64,000 nucleotides of DNA from Pseudomonadota bacterium (GTDB taxonomy: Bacteria; Bdellovibrionota_B; Oligoflexia; Oligoflexales; CAIMVM01): assembly GCA_037142195.1 (NCBI GenBank), contig JBAXBA010000002.1, forward strand, positions 30,719 to 94,718, given 5' to 3'. How positions within the stretch are numbered: position 1 is the stretch's first letter; each line of letters opens with the position of its first letter. A program made the position numbers and the translations under genes. The notes beneath the pieces were generated by a model. The model did not search any database. It saw only the letters and a program-made list of their open reading frames with translations, and had not been told where the DNA came from. This document shows positions 58,597 through 64,000 of this stretch, in pieces.

Positions 58597-60387
58597 ATGA
58601 AAAAACTCGACTCTAAAAGTACTCTTTTAAATCTTGGCTGCATTTTAGTCATTGCTATGGTGGTGCTTGCCCGTGGATGGCATGCTTTTATCCCAGGCAT
58701 GAGTTTTTCAGCCCCCTCAGGCGATGGTTTATCTACCATGGCTTGGATGAATGAAATCCTTCAAACCTATAAAGAATTTGGGGTTACCCACCTCATGACA
58801 CCCCTAGACCTCATTGTTCCTACAGGCTCAGGAGGAGGCCTTACAACTCCCAATACCTTTTATCATTTTTGGAAGCTTCTCTTTATCGGGTTAGATCCTT
58901 TTTTGTCTCTAGACAACATCTACGATGTCATTCTTTTAGTCGGCATTGGACTGACGGGAATCGCGACCTATGTTCTAGGCCTAAGCTTTCAAATGAATCG
59001 ACTGGCCGCCCTCATCACCGCACTCTTTGCGATAAGTCTAGAAAACATCGACCATCGACTTGTGGGTCATATGTTTCTCGCGTTTTGGCTGGGACCGCTT
59101 GTCATGCTCTATCTTGTAAAAAGGTATATAGAAAACCCCAAATACCTCACAGCTTTTCTCTTGGCCTTTTCAGTCGTTGGAAGCTTTATCCAGTGTGAGT
59201 ATTATACTTATTTTGGCGGGATCTTCGTTTGTGTCTTCGGATTGTCTTTACTTTATGGACAGTGGAAGACCGCTAAAAACACCCCTAAACTTCTAGAGGA
59301 ATGGAAATCTAGATTTCAGGTGAAGACCGTCTTACCCCAGATTCTGCTTAGTTTTTTACTTTTACTTGGCCTGATGGCGGTTTTGTTTCCCTCCCTGGTT
59401 CATCCCTATGATCAAAGTATCACCTTCAAGACCAGAGGCCTTTTCGAGTTTAACCTTTATTCCCTTAGAAATCCGGCCTCACTCTTTGCCCCTGGTATTG
59501 AGTTTCTAAGAGACTTCATTCCCTACAGACGCTTAGGCGTGAAGGGGGAAATGACCTTTAGGCTTGGCATTTTCTTTTGGGCTGGCTTAGCTTACTTGCT
59601 TAAGAAGTCGTGGGGGTTTCTCTCAGACAAAGAGAAAATTTTTATCAAAGCCCTTTCGATTGCGGGTGTGGTCAATTTATTATTTGCCTTTACTCCAGGA
59701 AGCTTTCCTTGGTTTTCTCAAATCACCTTACACCTTTTTCCCATGTTTCGAGTTGGGGTTAGAAGTGTGTTGTTTACCGACATAGCAGCTATCTTCATTC
59801 TAGGAATCGCCCTTCATTCTCTTTTGAAGCATTTCAGGGGGAAAAGCATAGTCCTTCCCCTCGTCGTGACTTTTTTTGCTTTTTGGGATGTTCAAGGTCC
59901 AGGTCGCGGGTTACTTGGAGCCTATAAGACCTATGCACTTCCTCCTAGCTCGCCAGTTCTTGAGACTTTAAAGGCAGCTCCCGCGGGCTGGGTATTAGAT
60001 ATCCCCATGTGGAGCAATCAAGACATCTTTGAGTGGGACTCCGATCAAAACTACCGCCGCATTCAGCATGGAAAGAAATTAGTGAATATCGTAAGAGGTC
60101 ATCAAAATTCTCCTTACACGATCAAAATCAATGCCCTGACTCAAATCGTAAACCAGCTGGATTCAGGGCTCATGGACTTTGCCACTAAGATTGGCATCCA
60201 TTACTTTCTGGTCGCATCCTATATGGACACCGAAGCCCTAGATCCTTATCTGGAAACCGGAGAGCTTAAGAAGATCCAGGAAGATGAGAGGTTTACCCTC
60301 TATCAGCTCGAATCCACAAATGTGTTTTCAAAAGAAAGCTATAAAGCCTATTTAGACACTTTAGAAGCCGATCAGCCCGCAAACTAG
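58597..60387 (+). CDS. YfhO/GT-C-like membrane protein
   Basis: N-terminal GD loop, GH motif, PMFRVGVR, multi-TM with a soluble C-terminus; follows the GT2. Confidence 0.6.
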   Translation: MKKLDSKSTLLNLGCILVIAMVVLARGWHAFIPGMSFSAPSGDGLSTMAWMNEILQTYKEFGVTHLMTPLDLIVPTGSGGGLTTPNTFYHFWKLLFIGLDPFLSLDNIYDVILLVGIGLTGIATYVLGLSFQMNRLAALITALFAISLENIDHRLVGHMFLAFWLGPLVMLYLVKRYIENPKYLTAFLLAFSVVGSFIQCEYYTYFGGIFVCVFGLSLLYGQWKTAKNTPKLLEEWKSRFQVKTVLPQILLSFLLLLGLMAVLFPSLVHPYDQSITFKTRGLFEFNLYSLRNPASLFAPGIEFLRDFIPYRRLGVKGEMTFRLGIFFWAGLAYLLKKSWGFLSDKEKIFIKALSIAGVVNLLFAFTPGSFPWFSQITLHLFPMFRVGVRSVLFTDIAAIFILGIALHSLLKHFRGKSIVLPLVVTFFAFWDVQGPGRGLLGAYKTYALPPSSPVLETLKAAPAGWVLDIPMWSNQDIFEWDSDQNYRRIQHGKKLVNIVRGHQNSPYTIKINALTQIVNQLDSGLMDFATKIGIHYFLVASYMDTEALDPYLETGELKKIQEDERFTLYQLESTNVFSKESYKAYLDTLEADQPAN

Positions 60388-60450
60388 TTTTAGCCCCAAG
60401 ACTCAAGCCTCAAAAATGCTTTGGACTTAGAACGAAATGTATACAGATGC

Positions 60451-61377
60451 CTAAAAATCAAGAACGACCGAACTATAGTCAGGATGTTTAAAGGTCTTTT
60501 CCATAGCGGTTTCAAATTCTGTCGAAGGAACGCCAAAGATCTTAGGCCAATCGATCACCTCAAACTCATCTTTGGTGACAAGGGCTTTTAACTGCTCTCC
60601 GGTGAAGGGTGGATTTTTATCAAAAAGAGACCAAGTCTTTAAAAGTACATAAAAGAGAGTGTAGGGAATCGATAGAATCACCGTAGAAAGCTCATTGGTT
60701 TTTTTGATTTGTCTGATGATATCGATATAGTCTACCTGCTCAAGTCCTGTAATATTGTAAGCCCCAGAAAGGGAGCCTCCTTTTAAGCAAGAGGCGATGA
60801 TACAACTAAAATCCCAAGCAAAGAGAGGCTGTCTCATATACTTGCCGTCCCCTGGAATGGGAAATACGGGAACCTTGGCCATAAAGCGGGACAGCCAACC
60901 TAGATGCTTACGATCAAACCAGCCAAACATGAGAGTGGGTCTAAGAACCACTACCGGAATGCCGCTTTGAACCACCAGCTCTTCTTGCTTTCTTTTAGAC
61001 TCCGTATAGAAGTCTCTCGCCTTAGAATTGACGACGCTAGAGCTGATATGAACCGTATAGGGGATCTTATACTTTTTAATGACTTCTAAAATAATCTTGG
61101 TGGCTTCCACATTATTTCTAAGGAAAGGCTCTTCTTCGGGGCTTCCGATTTGGGCCTGCAAGATGACGACACGCTCAGCTCCTTGGAAATGGGACTCCCA
61201 TTCCCCTCTCTCTGCCAAGTCGCATTCGATACAGGTGATTTCGGGATGCAGGCGCTTTAAGATCTCAAGATTCTTTTTGTGTTTATCCAGCACCACAATG
61301 TCACTAAAGTCTTCTTTAAGCCTTACCACTAAATTTTGTCCCACTAAACCTGCGCCACCAGGAAGAACTACCTTCAT
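60451..61377 (-). CDS. NAD-dependent epimerase/reductase (extended SDR)
   Basis: PGGAGLVG, HISSSVV, YTESK, LRPTLMFGWFDRKHLGWL. Confidence 0.88.
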   Translation of the reverse strand: MKVVLPGGAGLVGQNLVVRLKEDFSDIVVLDKHKKNLEILKRLHPEITCIECDLAERGEWESHFQGAERVVILQAQIGSPEEEPFLRNNVEATKIILEVIKKYKIPYTVHISSSVVNSKARDFYTESKRKQEELVVQSGIPVVVLRPTLMFGWFDRKHLGWLSRFMAKVPVFPIPGDGKYMRQPLFAWDFSCIIASCLKGGSLSGAYNITGLEQVDYIDIIRQIKKTNELSTVILSIPYTLFYVLLKTWSLFDKNPPFTGEQLKALVTKDEFEVIDWPKIFGVPSTEFETAMEKTFKHPDYSSVVLDF

Positions 61378-61546
61378 AAAACTCCCAAAAATAAAAAAAC
61401 CAAATTTCTAATGCCAAAACTTCCGCTTAACAGAATGCCAATCAAATCGGACCTTATCCAAATACCATAAGTGAAGTTATTTCTAATGCGAATGAAGTGA
61501 AGTTGGAAATTTATGTTGCATCTAATTATGGTTATTTTGATTATAT

Positions 61547-62074
61547 TTAATCAGCTATCAGTACAGTGGACGTTGGTCCATGCCATGTTAAGCTCCACTT
61601 AGACATTATATCCCGTCCTATCAAAACTCCAAAATTGGTATGATCTTGCTTATTAACAATTGCATTTGCTAAATTGAACCCAGCTAAATTACATGAACTG
61701 ATTCTTAGGTTTTGAAATGAATTTAATTTTGAATTTACAAATGATACATCTGCTGCATAATTGTTCGTTTGTGCATTTCCATTCGCAGTTCTAATATTAC
61801 TTTGTCCAATTGGATTTAAGCCTAAATGTTGAGCTAAACTCTGATCTATAGTTGTGATACCTGCTCCAGTATCAAAATGACCCCAAACTGAAATTGTATT
61901 TCTAATCGTTGACGTACCTGGCTTTAAAAATGCACTCGCAGTAGATAATTCAATTAACATATTATAACCCAAATTACATAGCGCAATAGGAGACTGTTGA
62001 ACGTGAACTTGTGAGCCACTTTGAGGTTGTGGTGTGATGTTAACATGAAATGTGGTTGAATGAACATGTGACAT
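61547..62074 (-). CDS. Retropepsin-like (clan AA) aspartic protease
   Basis: FDTGA catalytic motif, flap IRTANG, C-terminal VLIGRDIM. Start at 62074 or 62095. Confidence 0.85.
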   Translation of the reverse strand: MSHVHSTTFHVNITPQPQSGSQVHVQQSPIALCNLGYNMLIELSTASAFLKPGTSTIRNTISVWGHFDTGAGITTIDQSLAQHLGLNPIGQSNIRTANGNAQTNNYAADVSFVNSKLNSFQNLRISSCNLAGFNLANAIVNKQDHTNFGVLIGRDIMSKWSLTWHGPTSTVLIAD

Positions 62075-62084
62075 GGTTTGGACT

Positions 62085-62324
62085 TCAAACTGCAAAACGA
62101 ATAAAATTTATTTGTTCTGATGAACTGATTGCCTGTTGGATAATGAATTCAGATGGGGAGAAATTCGATGAAGCGTATTCTAAGCCAGCTTCAAAACTGT
62201 CAAAACTACCCTTAACTTCTTTATCACAAATAACTACAAATTTATGCTTAAGTTTAATATCCTTAAGCCAGGTGTTTAGATTATTTTGAAAGTATTCCAA
62301 ATTGTCCTTCTGTTTTTGCTCCAT
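62085..62324 (-). CDS. Small DUF5678-like protein, upstream partner of the protease
   Basis: NLEYFQNNL...KFVVICDKEVKGSFDSFEAG...FIIQQ; AGGTGA RBS; 79 aa. Confidence 0.7.
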   Translation of the reverse strand: MEQKQKDNLEYFQNNLNTWLKDIKLKHKFVVICDKEVKGSFDSFEAGLEYASSNFSPSEFIIQQAISSSEQINFIRFAV

Positions 62325-62618
62325 AAATCACCTACACTTTTTAAAAAGCCTTGAATAAAAATGCCCGTCCGATTATAGCAAATTCGGTATGTTTTCAATA
62401 ATGATTTAAATCATTATTTTAAAATTAGCACCCCAATTCATATATGCTTTTTCGGCATCAATTGAAATTTTTATATTGCAAATCACTGCCATGATAAAAG
62501 TGCGTATTTTTTTAGATAGTTACACAAAAGACCACCGAAATGGGTCACTTAAAAAATATCAAAAAAAGCCAAAGAATTTTACCCCCCATTGGAAACCTTC
62601 ACGTCGCATTGGATTGAT

Positions 62619-62906
62619 TTACCGGCGCTGAGAGGAGGCGCTCTTACGGCGCTTAGCAACGGCGTCTGCCAAAAAGAGTTTGATGAGCGCTTGGTAGGGA
62701 ACATCTTGTTCCGATCCTAAGGCTCGCAGCTCATTCAAAAGAGGTGTTGGCAATCGAATCGACACAACCTGCGTGGGAGGGGTGCTAGGCAAACTCACTC
62801 CCATTTCGCTTAAGAGCAAAGGCTTTTTCGCATTCACCCAAGAAGCGGTGTCCGAGTTGTCGTAATCCACAATTACCTGAGATCTGACTTTACGCTTAGT
62901 TTTCAT
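62619..62906 (-). CDS. BrnA/CopG-like antitoxin
   Basis: TQVVSIRLPTPLLNELRALGSEQDVPYQALIKLFL; ATG 62906 follows AAGGAG and overlaps the brnT 3' end. Confidence 0.82.
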   Translation of the reverse strand: MKTKRKVRSQVIVDYDNSDTASWVNAKKPLLLSEMGVSLPSTPPTQVVSIRLPTPLLNELRALGSEQDVPYQALIKLFLADAVAKRRKSASSQRR

Positions 62907-63183
62907 AAATTTCGCGCTCCTTTTTTGATGACGGCCTTGCGGTGATGATGCCAACACAGCCTTTTCGAATCGTAAACCCAACCATGAGCCATCGGTTCTC
63001 TATTCCTTTACCATAAAGAAGGAATCGGATTTATTTTGCGGTGGAGTATTTTTCGTCTTTAAAAAGTTTGTTTGATTTGTCATAAAATAGACTATCCGCA
63101 TCAACGCAACTCACGTCGTGTTTTAATTCGTTCTTGTGAAATTACCGCTGATCCCAACCGAAGACAGTTTATTCGACATGCAT
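62896..63183 (-). pseudogene. brnT: BrnT toxin pseudogene (three in-frame TAA)
   Basis: MHVE*TVFGWDQR*FHKNELKHDVS...K*IRFLLYG...VGFTIRKGCVGIITARPSSKKEREIYEN*; stops at 63169-71, 63142-44 and 63031-33. Confidence 0.8.
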
Positions 63184-63448
63184 TTAAAGGCCTGCGCCTG
63201 TTGTCGTGCCCCACAACACTTTAATAATACTTTAATGGTGCAACTTTAATGGGACAATTTTTTACAGCATGTTTAAGGCCAGTTCTACCAGAGTCCCTAT
63301 GCATAAAGTCTTTGGATTTTTCTTCCGGGGGCTGTACCAATAAGCCGCTGTAATTACTAACCAATAAAGATAATGTAAAAAACTACTAACTTTTATACTG
63401 AAAACTTCCGAAGTATTTAATAATATGGATTCAAGGTAGGAGGCTGAT

Positions 63449-63889
63449 ATGAGTTTTATGTCCCCAAATAGTATGAAAGAGGCAATAGCTTCTATTACAA
63501 GGTCCCTTAATTTCAATGAGACTTATATGGCTGGTTTTCTCGGTGTCACCGTTAAAACCATTGATGATTGGAAAAAAAGAGAGATGGGAGACCTCCCACC
63601 AAAAGCTAGAAGATTAGTAAGACTTTATGAGGTTATCCATTACCTTCAAGACAGACACAAAGAGATTCCTGAGTCTTCGTACAAGAACCTGATTGAAAAT
63701 GGACGGGTCACAATTGACCCCAGTGACCCTGAGGATGGAAGCACAACCCTGATAAGCTTTATTCTGGCTGAACCTGCGGCTAAAGTATGGGCTCCTTGTG
63801 TTGACGAAGTAGTTAATGAATTCAAGAAGAGCAACCAGAAAAAGGCGGAAAAGCTTCGTGACGACAATCAATCAATACGATACGCTTAA
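63449..63889 (+). CDS. HTH protein, Xre/MbcA/ParS-like antitoxin candidate
   Basis: ETYMAGFLGVTVKTIDDWKK HTH followed by RRLVRLYEVI; AGGAGG RBS. Confidence 0.6.
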   Translation: MSFMSPNSMKEAIASITRSLNFNETYMAGFLGVTVKTIDDWKKREMGDLPPKARRLVRLYEVIHYLQDRHKEIPESSYKNLIENGRVTIDPSDPEDGSTTLISFILAEPAAKVWAPCVDEVVNEFKKSNQKKAEKLRDDNQSIRYA

Positions 63890-64000
63890 GAAATTCACCG
63901 ATTATATGAACTACTCCACCCAATCCTCACAAGCCCTGGGGGCATGCTCCGGTATGGGATGGAGTTTCGTGTTTCACAGGAAAAGAGTTCTTCTCCTCCA
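63858..64000 (+). CDS. 3'-partial ORF overlapping the HTH gene (possible cognate toxin)
   Basis: GTG at 63858, frame open to the window edge (MTTINQYDTLKKFTDYMNYS...); too short to classify. Confidence 0.3.
   Translation, partial: MTTINQYDTLKKFTDYMNYSTQSSQALGACSGMGWSFVFHRKRVLLL

Overview
AT-rich bacterial window in three parts. (1) 1-11.2 kb is a mosaic defence/toxin-antitoxin island: a partial TPR gene, a DUF6088 (AbiEi-like) gene with a truncated AbiEii partner, a Schlafen/AlbA_2-HATPase-HTH protein, an orphan XRE antitoxin, a HEPN + BolA-like pair, two AAA_14/DUF4143 ATPase-nucleases and a BrnT-like/BrnA-like pair. It carries notable non-coding structure: a perfect 62-bp palindrome, a twice-repeated ~190-bp element and a phased CTTGTGCA array. 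A YeeE/YeeE/TauE sulfur-transport operon follows at 11.7-13.3 kb. (2) 13.3-61.4 kb is a ~48-kb, strand-switching surface-polysaccharide locus: CDP-3,6-dideoxyhexose genes (rfbH/F/G) with a split transketolase, UDP-L-FucNAc genes (fnlABC), a uronate epimerase, two AsnB-type proteins, Wzx/Wzy and Wzm/Wzt export, an O-acyltransferase, two GtrB-like GT2s and several GT-C-like membrane proteins. (3) 61.5-64 kb is a second TA-type patch: a small protein + retropepsin-like protease pair, a dead brnT with intact antitoxin, and an XRE-like antitoxin. No rRNA, tRNA, CRISPR array, integrase or transposase was recognised. All family calls come from motif recognition by eye, not from database searches.
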